Positions 46,856 through 56,647 of a DNA stretch of 64,000 nucleotides are shown here, one piece after another (the first letter of the stretch is position 1; each line of letters begins with the position of its first letter). Location of the stretch: positions 16,382 through 80,381 of the forward strand of contig JAAZZH010000001.1 of NCBI GenBank assembly GCA_014239265.1, written 5' to 3'. The stretch is from Actinomycetota bacterium. GTDB lineage: Bacteria > Actinomycetota > Acidimicrobiia > Actinomarinales > Actinomarinaceae. The notes under the pieces were generated by a model, which saw only the letters and a program-made list of their open reading frames with translations, did no database searches and was not told the origin of the DNA. A program made the position numbers and the translations under genes.

Positions 46856-47770
46856 ATGAAAAAATCAAAATTTATATGGCTAGATGGTGAACTTGTTGAA
46901 TGGGATAATGCAAATGTTAGCGTTATGACACACACCCTACATTACGGTACAGGCGTTTTTGAAGGAATGAGAGCTAGAGACACTGATAAAGGTACTTCTG
47001 TACAATTCTTAGATGATCATGTTGATCGACTATACAGATCAGCAGAAGCTTATAATCTAGAAATACCTTTCAATAAAAATGTTATATCTAATGCAATTAA
47101 AGAAATAGTTAAGGTCAATAATCTTAAATCGGCATATATTAGGCCACTAGTTTTCTTTGGTGATGGTGAGATGGGATTACTTCCACAAAATATACCTGTA
47201 AGGGTAGCCATCGCAGCATGGGAATGGGGAGCATACCTTGGTGATGATGCTGGTAGCAAAGGTGTGAATGTTTGCATTTCTGACTGGCAGAGAATTAGTC
47301 CAAAAAGTTTTAAACCTTTTGCTAAAGGTGTAGGTGGTTATATGAACTCAACATTAGCAAAAATAGATGCAGTTAAACAAGGTTTTGACGATGCAATTAT
47401 GTTGAGTGACAACGGGACTGTCGCTGAAGGTAGTGGACAAAATATCTTTATTTATAAAAATAATCAACTCTTAACTCCACCAATTGAGACTGGAGCACTT
47501 GGTGGAATAACAAGAAAAATGGTTATGGAGATTGCTCATCATATAGATATACCAGTAGTAGAGCAAGACCTCAGCCCTGCAGACTTGATCGCATCAGATG
47601 AAATTTTCTTTACAGGAACAGCAACCGAAATAGTGGGTGTGGTTTCTGTAGATAGTAATAAAATTTCTGATGGAAGCGTAGGAGAGGTAACTTCAAAAAT
47701 TAGAAGTAAATACTTAGAAATAGTTAATGGTCAAGACGATAATTTTAAAAATTATATAACATTAATTTAA
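46856..47770 (+). CDS. ilvE: Branched-chain amino acid aminotransferase
   Basis: LHYGTGVFEG, AK..GGYMNS (PLP Lys), EGSGQN, LGGITR, FFTGTA. Confidence 0.93.
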   Translation: MKKSKFIWLDGELVEWDNANVSVMTHTLHYGTGVFEGMRARDTDKGTSVQFLDDHVDRLYRSAEAYNLEIPFNKNVISNAIKEIVKVNNLKSAYIRPLVFFGDGEMGLLPQNIPVRVAIAAWEWGAYLGDDAGSKGVNVCISDWQRISPKSFKPFAKGVGGYMNSTLAKIDAVKQGFDDAIMLSDNGTVAEGSGQNIFIYKNNQLLTPPIETGALGGITRKMVMEIAHHIDIPVVEQDLSPADLIASDEIFFTGTATEIVGVVSVDSNKISDGSVGEVTSKIRSKYLEIVNGQDDNFKNYITLI

Positions 47771-48186
47771 TGTCTCAAGAACCGAACATAAAAATACCAT
47801 TTCAAGAGAGTAACTCTGAAATAAGTATGCCAGTTCCACGCAGAATGCCATCAAGACCAGCCGAAACAGTAATGCCCGATTATGAGCAATATGGGAATGT
47901 TGGCCCAGACAGTGGTTTTGCTATGAAGATTGTTAATAAAGACAGTGTACTTTGGTCAAGCCACCCAAAGAAAAAACTAGTTAGCACAATAATTGTTAAC
48001 CTAATTTTGTTTAGGGCAGCTCACTTTGGCAGAGCTCCCACAACTAGTGATTTTCACCTAGTTCTTGGTTTACTCAGAATTACTGAAGATAATACCGGAG
48101 AATTAACTGATGCTGTTCTTGACATATGTTCCAAAGAGAAAATGCAAGGCGCCCACTTGAGTAAAGTGTTTAATTTTTTAACCTAG
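47770..48186 (+). CDS. Hypothetical protein
   Basis: 138-aa ORF overlapping the ilvE stop by 1 nt; GPDSGFA and FGRAP look conserved-like; no function recognised. Confidence 0.7.
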   Translation: MSQEPNIKIPFQESNSEISMPVPRRMPSRPAETVMPDYEQYGNVGPDSGFAMKIVNKDSVLWSSHPKKKLVSTIIVNLILFRAAHFGRAPTTSDFHLVLGLLRITEDNTGELTDAVLDICSKEKMQGAHLSKVFNFLT

Positions 48187-48207
48187 TCCCATATAACGAG
48201 GGTTCTA

Positions 48208-48213
48208 TAGGGT
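48208..48213 (+). promoter_or_regulatory. Putative -10 (TAGGGT) of the leaderless FAH-gltX transcript
   Basis: TAnnnT exactly 6 nt before ATG 48220. Confidence 0.5.
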
Positions 48214-48219
48214 ATTTAT

Positions 48220-48990
48220 ATGCAAATAGTTAGAGCAAAATACGAAAATGAAATATTTTATGGTGACTTGCATGAAGGTAAGGTTACAAGATATGATGGG
48301 TCTCCGTTTGTAGTTTGGGAAAATACTGAAGAAGTTTACGATCTTGAGGAAATTGAATTACTGGCTCCAGTATTACCTTCAAAGGTTATTGCAATAGCGA
48401 AAAATTATGCAAAACATGCTGCTGAGATGGGTCTGCCACAATATAGTGAAAATATGCCTGAACACCCAATAATATTTATTAAGCCCTCAACTTCTGTAAT
48501 AGGCACTGGCCAAAATATTAAATATCCAAGTATTGGAGAGCATGTAGACATCGAAGCCGAACTCGCTTTAGTAATTTCAAAAGTATCAAAAAATATAGAT
48601 AAAAATAAATGGATGGAACATGTATTAGGAATCACGATTGCTAATGATCTTTCAGAACGTGTTCTCCAGGGGGAGACAGGTCATTTTACAAGAGCTAAAG
48701 GTTTTGATACTTTCTGTCCACTCGGACCATATATACAAACTGAATTTGTGGATTCACCTGAGCTTCAAATTAAATCGTACGTGAATGGTCAATTAAAACA
48801 AGACGGTAATACTAGAGATATGATGTTTAAAATAGGAGAAATATTGGAATTCATTTCATCAATTATGACTTTATTACCAGGAGATGTAATTTTAACTGGA
48901 ACACCTGAAGGTGTCAGTAAAGTAGAAAGAGGAGACGAAATCAAAATTGAAATCGAAACCTTGGGTACACAAATTAATACCGTTGAATAG
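48220..48990 (+). CDS. Fumarylacetoacetate hydrolase family protein
   Basis: KNYAKH, FIKPSTS, EAEL, ANDLSER, KGFDTFCPLGP, LTGTPEG; customary position before actinobacterial gltX. Confidence 0.9.
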   Translation: MQIVRAKYENEIFYGDLHEGKVTRYDGSPFVVWENTEEVYDLEEIELLAPVLPSKVIAIAKNYAKHAAEMGLPQYSENMPEHPIIFIKPSTSVIGTGQNIKYPSIGEHVDIEAELALVISKVSKNIDKNKWMEHVLGITIANDLSERVLQGETGHFTRAKGFDTFCPLGPYIQTEFVDSPELQIKSYVNGQLKQDGNTRDMMFKIGEILEFISSIMTLLPGDVILTGTPEGVSKVERGDEIKIEIETLGTQINTVE

Positions 48991-48993
48991 CAT

Positions 48994-50304
48994 ATGAAAC
49001 TCAGAATTGCACCGTCGCCAACTGGTTACCTACATATTGGTAATGCTCGTACAGCACTTTTTAATTGGCTTTATGCAAGAGCAAATAATGGTAAGTTCCT
49101 CGTAAGAATTGATGATACTGATACTGCAAGATCCAGTGATGAATACATACAAGATATTGTGAAAAACTTCAAATGGCTTGGAATTGATTGGGATGAAGGT
49201 ATTGAAGTTGGCGGACCACATGGAGAATATAAACAGTCTTTACGTTTTGAAAGATATAGAGAAATAGCAGAGTCTTTAGTTGAAAAAAACTTAGCTTATG
49301 AAGACGATGGAGCTATTCGTTTTAAGGTTCCTAGTGAAAAAGAAATAACTTTTCAAGATATAACACGTGGATCTATGAAATTTAATTTAAACGATGTAGA
49401 AGATTTTATTATTTTAAGATCAGATAAGTCACCAACATATCACCTAGCATCAACTATTGATGATATTGACTATGAAATAACAACTATTGCAAGAGGAGAA
49501 GATATACTTTCATCAACTCCAAAACACATTCTTTTAATGCAAGCGCTAGATGCCGATATTCCAACATTTTGTCACCTTCCTCTCTTGTTTGGACCTGATG
49601 GAAAAAAACTTAGTAAAAGGCATGGAGATACCTCGGTAAATACATTCAAAGATAAAGGATTACTACCAGAAGCACTTTTTAATTATATGTGTCTTCTTGG
49701 TTGGGCTCCAGGTAATGATATTGAAATCTTTAATAGAGATTTTGCTTTTTCAAAATTTGATTTGAATAATGTCTTACCCAATCCAGCAATATTCGATACC
49801 ACAAAGCTTTTATGGATGAATGGTCAGTATATCAGAAATATTGAATCAAATAAATTTATAGCTATGGCAATGGATAAAATATCTCATAATATTGAAAGAG
49901 AACTATTCGATAATGAAAAAGGGCGTTTGAAAAAAATTCTGCCTTCAGTACAAGAAAGATTGGAAACACTCAATGATTTAAAACCTCAAATAGACTTTCT
50001 TTTAGACGAGCCTTTTATGCTGAATAAAGAAGATTGGGATAGTGTTAACTCTAATGAAGGTCAAGAGTACTTAATGGCAGTTCGAGAAAAGATTAAAAAC
50101 TTAGACGAGTTTACAGTTGAGACGATAGAAACACTTATGCGCGATGAACTTAAGATAATAGGGGTTAAACCAAAAATTGGTTTTCAAATAGTTAGAGTGT
50201 CTGTTACTGGTACAAAAATAAGCCCTCCACTTTTCGAGTCAATTTTTGCATTAGGCAAAAATGGAGCATTGGCTAGACTTGCAGAAACTATTGAAAAATT
50301 ATAA
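48994..50304 (+). CDS. gltX: Glutamate--tRNA ligase (probably non-discriminating; short)
   Basis: APSPTG.LHIGN, RIDDTD, RGED, KLSKR. Confidence 0.95.
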   Translation: MKLRIAPSPTGYLHIGNARTALFNWLYARANNGKFLVRIDDTDTARSSDEYIQDIVKNFKWLGIDWDEGIEVGGPHGEYKQSLRFERYREIAESLVEKNLAYEDDGAIRFKVPSEKEITFQDITRGSMKFNLNDVEDFIILRSDKSPTYHLASTIDDIDYEITTIARGEDILSSTPKHILLMQALDADIPTFCHLPLLFGPDGKKLSKRHGDTSVNTFKDKGLLPEALFNYMCLLGWAPGNDIEIFNRDFAFSKFDLNNVLPNPAIFDTTKLLWMNGQYIRNIESNKFIAMAMDKISHNIERELFDNEKGRLKKILPSVQERLETLNDLKPQIDFLLDEPFMLNKEDWDSVNSNEGQEYLMAVREKIKNLDEFTVETIETLMRDELKIIGVKPKIGFQIVRVSVTGTKISPPLFESIFALGKNGALARLAETIEKL

Positions 50305-50343
50305 CAATTAATAATTAAATTAATATATTCTTAATACTTATAC

Positions 50344-50419
50344 GGCCCCGTCGTCCAGAGGCCTAGGACGCTGGGTTTTCAACCCAGAAACGCCGGTTCG
50401 AATCCGGTCGGGGCTGCCA
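50344..50419 (+). tRNA. tRNA-Glu (TTC), CCA encoded
   Basis: Cloverleaf: GGCCCCG/CGGGGCT acceptor, GTCC/GGAC D stem, CTGGG-TT[TTC]AA-CCCAG, GCCGG-TTCGAAT-CCGGT, G-CCA. Confidence 0.95.
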
Positions 50420-50423
50420 TCTT

Positions 50424-50495
50424 TCGGGGATGGTGTAATTGGCAACACAGTGGGTTCTGGTCCCATAGTTGAGGGTTCAAGTCCTTCTCCCCGAG
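50424..50495 (+). tRNA. tRNA-Gln (CTG)
   Basis: TCGGGGA/TCCCCGA acceptor (U1:A72), GTGGG-TT[CTG]GT-CCCAT, GAGGG-TTCAAGT-CCTTC; CCA not encoded. Confidence 0.95.
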
Positions 50496-50499
50496 CAGA

Positions 50500-50572
50500 G
50501 GCCCCGTCGTCCAGTGGCCTAGGACGCTGCCCTCTCAAGGCGGAAACGCCGGTTCGAATCCGGTCGGGGCTG
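50500..50572 (+). tRNA. tRNA-Glu (CTC)
   Basis: Body nearly identical to the first tRNA-Glu; anticodon arm CTGCC-CT[CTC]AA-GGCGG; CCA not encoded. Confidence 0.95.
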
Positions 50573-51178
50573 CTAATATTTTATATTTTTATACCATCTA
50601 GGTTTGTGTCTCAAAAATTCCAAATAATCATCTGCGTCATCTAATTCAAAAGTAAATTCTTTATGAAAAATTCTTTCGTATTCAGTATTTTGTTTTTGAA
50701 GTTTATTTATATGTTTATTAAAACTATTTTTTCCATATAAGAAATCATTAAAAAATTTACTTCCACCAAAGATTGGTGTTCCATGATCTTTACTTGCTGC
50801 AATTACTATATCTTTAGATGTACATAATGTTATCCAAACTCTTGCAAAATGTTTTGTTAAGTATGGAAGATCACTGTGAACTATTGTCCAGTTTTTGTAG
50901 GTTCTATTTTCATTTATAAATTTTTTAATTTCTTCATTTAATCCATTTTCTCCAGTCTCAATATTATTAATACTATGATCATTACAAAATTCTTTTACTT
51001 TTGGATTATTACTTACAACATAAATGTCATTGTTCTCATCTTGAAAAACATCTACTAGGTTGAGCAATAAACTTTTAGATAAACTTATACGTTGATCTTT
51101 TGAAAGTACTTCTGATAATCTTGACATAGGATTTTCAAAATCTCTTACAGGTATGCCAATTAAAAAACTCTTCTTCAT
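50573..51178 (-). CDS. cofC: CofC/FbiD-like guanylyltransferase (F420 biosynthesis)
   Basis: IPVR.....MSRL, GLN, VHSDLP, GT, SF..H, ELDDADD pattern; divergent sequence. Confidence 0.7.
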   Translation of the reverse strand: MKKSFLIGIPVRDFENPMSRLSEVLSKDQRISLSKSLLLNLVDVFQDENNDIYVVSNNPKVKEFCNDHSINNIETGENGLNEEIKKFINENRTYKNWTIVHSDLPYLTKHFARVWITLCTSKDIVIAASKDHGTPIFGGSKFFNDFLYGKNSFNKHINKLQKQNTEYERIFHKEFTFELDDADDYLEFLRHKPRWYKNIKY

Positions 51179-51221
51179 AATCCTATTTTTGTTTTACCAT
51201 GCTATTAGGTTAGTAAAATTT

Positions 51222-52616
51222 ATGAATAGAAAAACAAAAATAATAGCAACAGTTGGGCCAAGTGTTGATTCCAAAGTTAAAATCTTTGAATTAATTGATT
51301 CTGGTGCTGATGTAATAAGAGTAAATTTTTCACATGGTTCTTACGAAGATCATAAAAATATTGTTGATTGGGTAAGAGACTATCCAAAATCAATTGCAAT
51401 AATGCAAGATATCCAAGGTCCCAAAATTAGAACTGGAATTGCTCAAGATGGAACTTTTCTGAAAGCCGGAGAAGTTGTTGAGCTAACAAGTAACGAAAGT
51501 ACGTCTGATGATAAATCTTTATATATAAATTATCAGAATCTATTTACGGATATTAAACCCGGAGAAAGAGTCTTTATTGATGATGGCCAAGTTGTTATGA
51601 GAGTTCTTGATTTCGCTGATAATAAGATGAAAGCTAATATTGAAATTGGTGGAGAGCTTAGAGACAATCAAGGAGTTGCTTTTCCAGATTCTAAACTTTC
51701 CGTTTCAGCTATTACCTTGAAAGATAAGAAAGATTTAGCATATGGTGAAAAAATTGGTGTGGATATTGTTGCCGTATCATTTGTCAGAAAAGCTTCCGAT
51801 ATTACAGAAGTAAAATCACTTATTAAAAGTAATATAAAAATTATTGCCAAAATTGAACTTAAGGAAGCTATGAAGAATTTGGACTCTATCATAGATGAAT
51901 CAGATGGTGTAATGGTTGCAAGAGGAGATTTGGGTGTACAATTACCACTCGAACAAGTTCCATTTGCTCAAAAGAAAATATTAGATACAGCTAACTACAA
52001 AGGAAAAATCTCAATTACTGCAACAGAAATGTTACAGTCTATGAAAACTTCATTTCGTCCTACTAGAGCTGAGGTTACGGATATAACTAATGCTATTTTA
52101 GATGGAACAGATGCCGTTATGTTGTCTGCTGAAACTTCTATCGGTGAACATCCAAATATTGCAGTAAAAGTAATGGCATCAATTTGTGAAGAAGCAGATT
52201 CTAATAGTCACTATTCATCAATGAGATTTAAGACTTTATCCAGTGTAGACACTTTCGCTACATCACTAGCCAAAGCTGCAGTTCAAGTAGCTAATGATAT
52301 TGATGCTAAGGCAATTGTTGCATATACTGAAACAGGGCGCACGCCACTTTTAATATCAAATTTTAGGCCTAGTGCGCCAATAATTACTTTTAGTGCAAAA
52401 GATCTGACTCTGCGACAAATGAATATTCTTTGGGGCGTTGAGCAAACAAAAATCGATAGATTTGATACGACTGAAGAAATGTTTCAACTTGCAGATTCTT
52501 GGCTGCAAACCCATAAAAAATTCAAAAAAAATGATAAAGTTGTTATTGTTGCAGGAACACCTCCCAACCAAGAGGCAGCAACGAATTTATTACGCGTAAT
52601 GAAAATAGGTGAATAA
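51222..52616 (+). CDS. pyk: Pyruvate kinase
   Basis: TKIIATVGP, RVNFSHG, DIQGPKIR, AKIE, MVARGDLG, ATEML, DAVMLSAET; start reassigned to ATG 51222. Confidence 0.95.
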   Translation: MNRKTKIIATVGPSVDSKVKIFELIDSGADVIRVNFSHGSYEDHKNIVDWVRDYPKSIAIMQDIQGPKIRTGIAQDGTFLKAGEVVELTSNESTSDDKSLYINYQNLFTDIKPGERVFIDDGQVVMRVLDFADNKMKANIEIGGELRDNQGVAFPDSKLSVSAITLKDKKDLAYGEKIGVDIVAVSFVRKASDITEVKSLIKSNIKIIAKIELKEAMKNLDSIIDESDGVMVARGDLGVQLPLEQVPFAQKKILDTANYKGKISITATEMLQSMKTSFRPTRAEVTDITNAILDGTDAVMLSAETSIGEHPNIAVKVMASICEEADSNSHYSSMRFKTLSSVDTFATSLAKAAVQVANDIDAKAIVAYTETGRTPLLISNFRPSAPIITFSAKDLTLRQMNILWGVEQTKIDRFDTTEEMFQLADSWLQTHKKFKKNDKVVIVAGTPPNQEAATNLLRVMKIGE

Positions 52617-52915
52617 TGGGACAAAAAATAGAATTAAAAACTACATCATTTAATAAAAATATAATATTCGATTTGAATAGGTCATTATCAGGTCAAGATG
52701 GCATAACCTACCACAATATTGCTGATGCTTCACTACACCAAGAAGTAAGTGCTCAGTTAGCATTAAAACTTTTTAAATATTCACAAGACATTGAAAGTAT
52801 TTTTATACAGTCAAATATTGTAACCGTAAATTTTGACAAAAATATGGGTACAGGTGTCGAGGAATTTTCCAAGCTAATTGAAAATTTCTTCCTATTTTAT
52901 GGTGAGGAAGAATGA
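52616..52915 (+). CDS. Nfu/NifU N-terminal-domain-like protein
   Basis: Pattern F.LNRSL...LA..LF....I..IFI..N.VTV resembles the Nfu N-terminal scaffold domain; no Cys. Confidence 0.55.
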   Translation: MGQKIELKTTSFNKNIIFDLNRSLSGQDGITYHNIADASLHQEVSAQLALKLFKYSQDIESIFIQSNIVTVNFDKNMGTGVEEFSKLIENFFLFYGEEE

Positions 52916-53847
52916 AAGTTGGTGTAACAGGAGCAAGTGGATATGTTGGAAAAAAAGTAGTAAAAGAGCTACAAAACAACAACCATGAAGTATTTAAATT
53001 CGTGAGAAGATCCGTAAAAAGTGAAAGTGAAATTTACTGGAGTCCGTCTAAACAGGAAATAGATAGTGAGAAATTTGAAAAACTGGATGCAGTAATACAT
53101 CTTGCTGGAGAAAGTATCGCACCAAAAGATTTACTAGGTTTTTTACCTTTTTCTGGCGGACGCTGGAGCAAAGAAAGAAAATCAAGAATTTATTGGTCAC
53201 GTAAATGGGCCTCTGATTTATTTGTCTCTACATTTCATGCTGCTGAAAATTTTCCAAAAGTCTTTATAACCGCATCTGGCAATGATATCTATGGTGATCA
53301 GGGGGATAAGGTTGTCACTGAAGAAACAACATTTAATAGAGGTCAGTTTTTACAATTGGTAGCTGAAGAATGCTGGGAAGAACCACTTTACGAACTTAAA
53401 AAACTTGGAGTAAGAGTAATTTCTGCACGTGCTGGAATAATGTTGGGTAAAGGAAATGTAGCTACTGATATATTTACACTTATTTCAAAATTAAATATAA
53501 GTAGTCCAATTGGAAAGGGGACACAATATTTTTCATGGGTTTCTGTCAACGATGTAGCTAAAGCTTATAATTTCTGCCTTGAGGAGGATAGTATTGATGG
53601 TCCGGTAAACATAACTTCTCCACAACCCCTTATGCAAAAAGATTTTGCTAAAACTATTGCAAAAATAATGAATAAATCATATTTCTTTCCTCCAGTACCC
53701 GAAGTTCTAATGAAACTTGCAGTCGGTTGGGAGCTTGGTGAGAGTCTTGGTTTGAATAGTATTAGAGCCATTCCTAAGAAATTATTAGCTGCTGGATTTG
53801 TATTTGATTTTCCAACTCTCGACACTATGAAAGATGATTTCATCTAA
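52912..53847 (+). CDS. TIGR01777-type NAD(P)-dependent epimerase (YfcH-like, DUF1731 C-terminus)
   Basis: VTGASGYVG, AVIHLAGESI, SR, G.G.Q..SWV...D, P.P, GFVF.FP. Confidence 0.85.
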   Translation: MKVGVTGASGYVGKKVVKELQNNNHEVFKFVRRSVKSESEIYWSPSKQEIDSEKFEKLDAVIHLAGESIAPKDLLGFLPFSGGRWSKERKSRIYWSRKWASDLFVSTFHAAENFPKVFITASGNDIYGDQGDKVVTEETTFNRGQFLQLVAEECWEEPLYELKKLGVRVISARAGIMLGKGNVATDIFTLISKLNISSPIGKGTQYFSWVSVNDVAKAYNFCLEEDSIDGPVNITSPQPLMQKDFAKTIAKIMNKSYFFPPVPEVLMKLAVGWELGESLGLNSIRAIPKKLLAAGFVFDFPTLDTMKDDFI

Positions 53848-54179
53848 TGTCTTCATATGAAGATAGAATGTCGGAGAAATACGGTTTTTTTGGCGATAAT
53901 AAAAAAATGGATACAGATGAACAAACTCAAATAAGTCAGAATGAAGATACCCAGGAATCTCAAGTTTCAGATGAAAATAATTTAATCGTACCTCTTGAGG
54001 CGTGGCAAACAGTTCTAAATCAATTAGGTAATTTACATGAGGCGAATCAACTAATGGCGGAAGCTCGTGAAAGAGCTGCTAAAGCCGAAGCCGAAGCTGA
54101 ATTTTTACGAGAAAAACTAAAAAATACTAGAGAACAATTAGATACTGCAAGTAAAAAGAAGAAGTTCTTTTTTTTCTAA
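53847..54179 (+). CDS. Hypothetical coiled-coil protein
   Basis: Acidic low-complexity N-terminus, heptad region, KKKKFFFF tail. Confidence 0.7.
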   Translation: MSSYEDRMSEKYGFFGDNKKMDTDEQTQISQNEDTQESQVSDENNLIVPLEAWQTVLNQLGNLHEANQLMAEARERAAKAEAEAEFLREKLKNTREQLDTASKKKKFFFF

Positions 54180-55390
54180 ATCTTTTGTTCGTCGGAGACA
54201 CCTTTGATAATATAAAATGAGATTGCAAGCAAAATTATCAGTACTCCCATCGCAGGATTTCTACCAAGGCCTAAAGTATTTACTACAAATCCCCATAGCA
54301 GCGGACCAAGTATCGTAGCAAACCTACCCACAGTAGAGTAAAGTCCATAAAATTCACCAAGATGTTTTTCAGGACTTAATCTTGTCATAAATACTCTATC
54401 TACGGCAAAAATACCTCCAATATTAAATCCACCAAGTACACCGGTAACATAAATAAGCCAAAGTTGATCAAATTCTGTAGCAATAATTGCTATAGAGAGT
54501 GATAGCATCCAACACACCAAACTTATCAACGTTAACTTACGTGGCCCATAAATATCAGCAGCTTTACCAAATACATATCCACCTATAATGGAGATTATTA
54601 TCGCTAGGCCGAGCAAATTTTGGCTATCACTTGGACTTAATCCAACTTCCTCAACTAAGTAGACTGCAAGCAATCCACTTATCAGAGTATTTATTGCATC
54701 AGCATAGAAAAACCTTCCTACAAGAAATCGTGTTAAGCCAGGGTATTGAGTCGAGTGTTTCCACGATTTAATAACTAAAGAAATGGACTCTGTGATTTTT
54801 ATCGTCGACTTCTTATTACTTACTTTTTTTTCTTTAATAAAAATAAACGCAGGAAGTGAAAAAATTAAAAACATTACCGCTACTGATCTAAATATCTCAA
54901 CGTAGCTGTAACCATAGTTTTGTAATAATGTAGCAACTCCAAACCCTAGTAGCGATCCTACGTATCCAAAGGCGACACCCATTCCAGATATGCGTCCTCG
55001 ATTTGTAGGAGTACTAACTGATACAAGTAAGGCATCATACACAACAGAACCAAGATTAAAACCTATTAAAGAAACAATAAAAAATAATACTGAAATATTT
55101 ACATCAAACGTTCCTAAAAGAAATGTTGCAACGATACATATGAGAGTTGTAATTAGAAGCATAGGTTTCTTGCCTTGCGAGCCATCAGACCTTGCACCAA
55201 CCCAGGGTCCCAGAATCGCAACTATTACCATAGCGCCAGATGTTGCAAACCCTAACGACTGGTCTGTCCATCCTTGCTCTGTTACAAGCCAAACTGAGAA
55301 ATAAAGACCCGGTATTACAAAAGCATATACAGTATTTGCTAAATCAAAAAAAAGCCACGAGTAAAGACTTTTTTTGGCTACGTTATTCAT
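54176..55390 (-). CDS. MFS transporter, UMF1/ATG22-like family
   Basis: SWLFFDLANT, YDALL, GRISG.G...GY.G, GEFYGLY; about 12 TM. Confidence 0.85.
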   Translation of the reverse strand: MNNVAKKSLYSWLFFDLANTVYAFVIPGLYFSVWLVTEQGWTDQSLGFATSGAMVIVAILGPWVGARSDGSQGKKPMLLITTLICIVATFLLGTFDVNISVLFFIVSLIGFNLGSVVYDALLVSVSTPTNRGRISGMGVAFGYVGSLLGFGVATLLQNYGYSYVEIFRSVAVMFLIFSLPAFIFIKEKKVSNKKSTIKITESISLVIKSWKHSTQYPGLTRFLVGRFFYADAINTLISGLLAVYLVEEVGLSPSDSQNLLGLAIIISIIGGYVFGKAADIYGPRKLTLISLVCWMLSLSIAIIATEFDQLWLIYVTGVLGGFNIGGIFAVDRVFMTRLSPEKHLGEFYGLYSTVGRFATILGPLLWGFVVNTLGLGRNPAMGVLIILLAISFYIIKGVSDEQKI

Positions 55391-56577
55391 TTAAGGTCAT
55401 TAATTGCTTTTGAAAATCTGCTTAATCCTTCATGTAAATCATCATCGCTAAGAGCATAGGAGCATCTTAAAAACCCATTTTTTCCAAAAACTTCACCTGG
55501 AACAAATGCTATAAAATATTCATCAAGAAGCCAATTACAAAAATCAATAGAGTTATGCACACCACTTATTACACCGCTACTGCTGTAATAGCTTACATCG
55601 GGAAATAGATAAAACGCACCAGTAGATTTTATAAGGTTTATATTTTCAATATTTGAAAACTCTTCAATAGCGTGTAAGCGTCTTCTATTAAAACTTTCTT
55701 TCATTAATTCTGTTTGATCCAAACCGTTTTTAAGCGCGGAATATGCTGCTATTTGTGAAATATTTGATACATTAGATGTAGCATGAGACTGAATCTTTTT
55801 TGCCATATCTATAACTTCAGTATTAGCAATAATCCACCCAACTCTCCAGCCGGTCATCGAATAAGCTTTTGCAACACCATTAATTACTATTGTGTTCTTT
55901 AACCCAGTATCGTATTGTGCTGGTGATGGCGAAGTTTTCCCTTCATAAACTAAATGTTCATAAAGTTCATCGGAGAGTATCCAGACGTTATTCTCAAAAG
56001 CCCAAGTGTATATTTTTTCTGCTTCTTCTTTTGTATAAACTACTCCAGTTGGATTTGATGGGGATACCCACACTAAAACTTTTGTTCTAGATGTTTTTAA
56101 CGCATCTAGCTGATCAGTATTAATTTTAAAATCATCACCAAATTCTGTATCTACAATGACAGGATTTCCTCCTGATATCTTCACTGCTTCTGGATAAGTC
56201 GTCCAATATGGTGATGGTATAAGCACTTCATCACCCGGATTGAGTATAGACATAAATGTTGTCAAGATAGCATGTTTACCACCATTGCTCACTAGAACAT
56301 TTTCTTGGTTTATATTAATTCCTGAATACAGTTCACTAGTTCTCACAATTTCTTCTTTTAAAATCGTTAAACCTGCAACAGGGGAGTATTTATGATTTGA
56401 GGTATCCTCTGCAGCAACCTGTACATCTTTTATTACGTATTCTGGAGTAGGAAAATCAGGCTCACCAGCACCAAAACCAATAACCGGTTTTCCTTGTTCT
56501 CTTAATACGCGGGCTTTGTTAGATATGGCCATTGTCCCTGAAGGGGTAATTAATTTACTTAGTTTTGCTATTTCCAT
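55387..56577 (-). CDS. aspC: Class I/II PLP aminotransferase (aspartate aminotransferase-like)
   Basis: GAGEPDF, NGGK, PYWTTY, SPSNPTG, SDELY, GVAKAYSMTGWRVG. Confidence 0.8.
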   Translation of the reverse strand: MEIAKLSKLITPSGTMAISNKARVLREQGKPVIGFGAGEPDFPTPEYVIKDVQVAAEDTSNHKYSPVAGLTILKEEIVRTSELYSGININQENVLVSNGGKHAILTTFMSILNPGDEVLIPSPYWTTYPEAVKISGGNPVIVDTEFGDDFKINTDQLDALKTSRTKVLVWVSPSNPTGVVYTKEEAEKIYTWAFENNVWILSDELYEHLVYEGKTSPSPAQYDTGLKNTIVINGVAKAYSMTGWRVGWIIANTEVIDMAKKIQSHATSNVSNISQIAAYSALKNGLDQTELMKESFNRRRLHAIEEFSNIENINLIKSTGAFYLFPDVSYYSSSGVISGVHNSIDFCNWLLDEYFIAFVPGEVFGKNGFLRCSYALSDDDLHEGLSRFSKAINDLK

Positions 56578-56635
56578 AAAGATACTTTCATTTTATTTTA
56601 ACCATAATAATTTAAAAACTATGCTTGGTCTTTAT

Positions 56636-56641
56636 TAAACT
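56636..56641 (+). promoter_or_regulatory. Putative -10 (TAAACT) of leaderless folD
   Basis: TAnnnT exactly 6 nt before ATG 56648. Confidence 0.5.
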
Positions 56642-56647
56642 ATATTC

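Noticed and set aside
50344-50572. Near-identical ~73-bp direct repeat as a possible att site or CRISPR-like repeat
   Set aside because: Both copies are complete tRNA-Glu isoacceptors around a tRNA-Gln; no integrase, cas genes or further repeats.
50338-50644. ORF-track proteins 50338-50538 (-) and 50450-50644 (+) with a repeated QRPRPLDDG motif
   Set aside because: Artefacts of translating the three tRNA genes; the repeat is the duplicated tRNA-Glu body.
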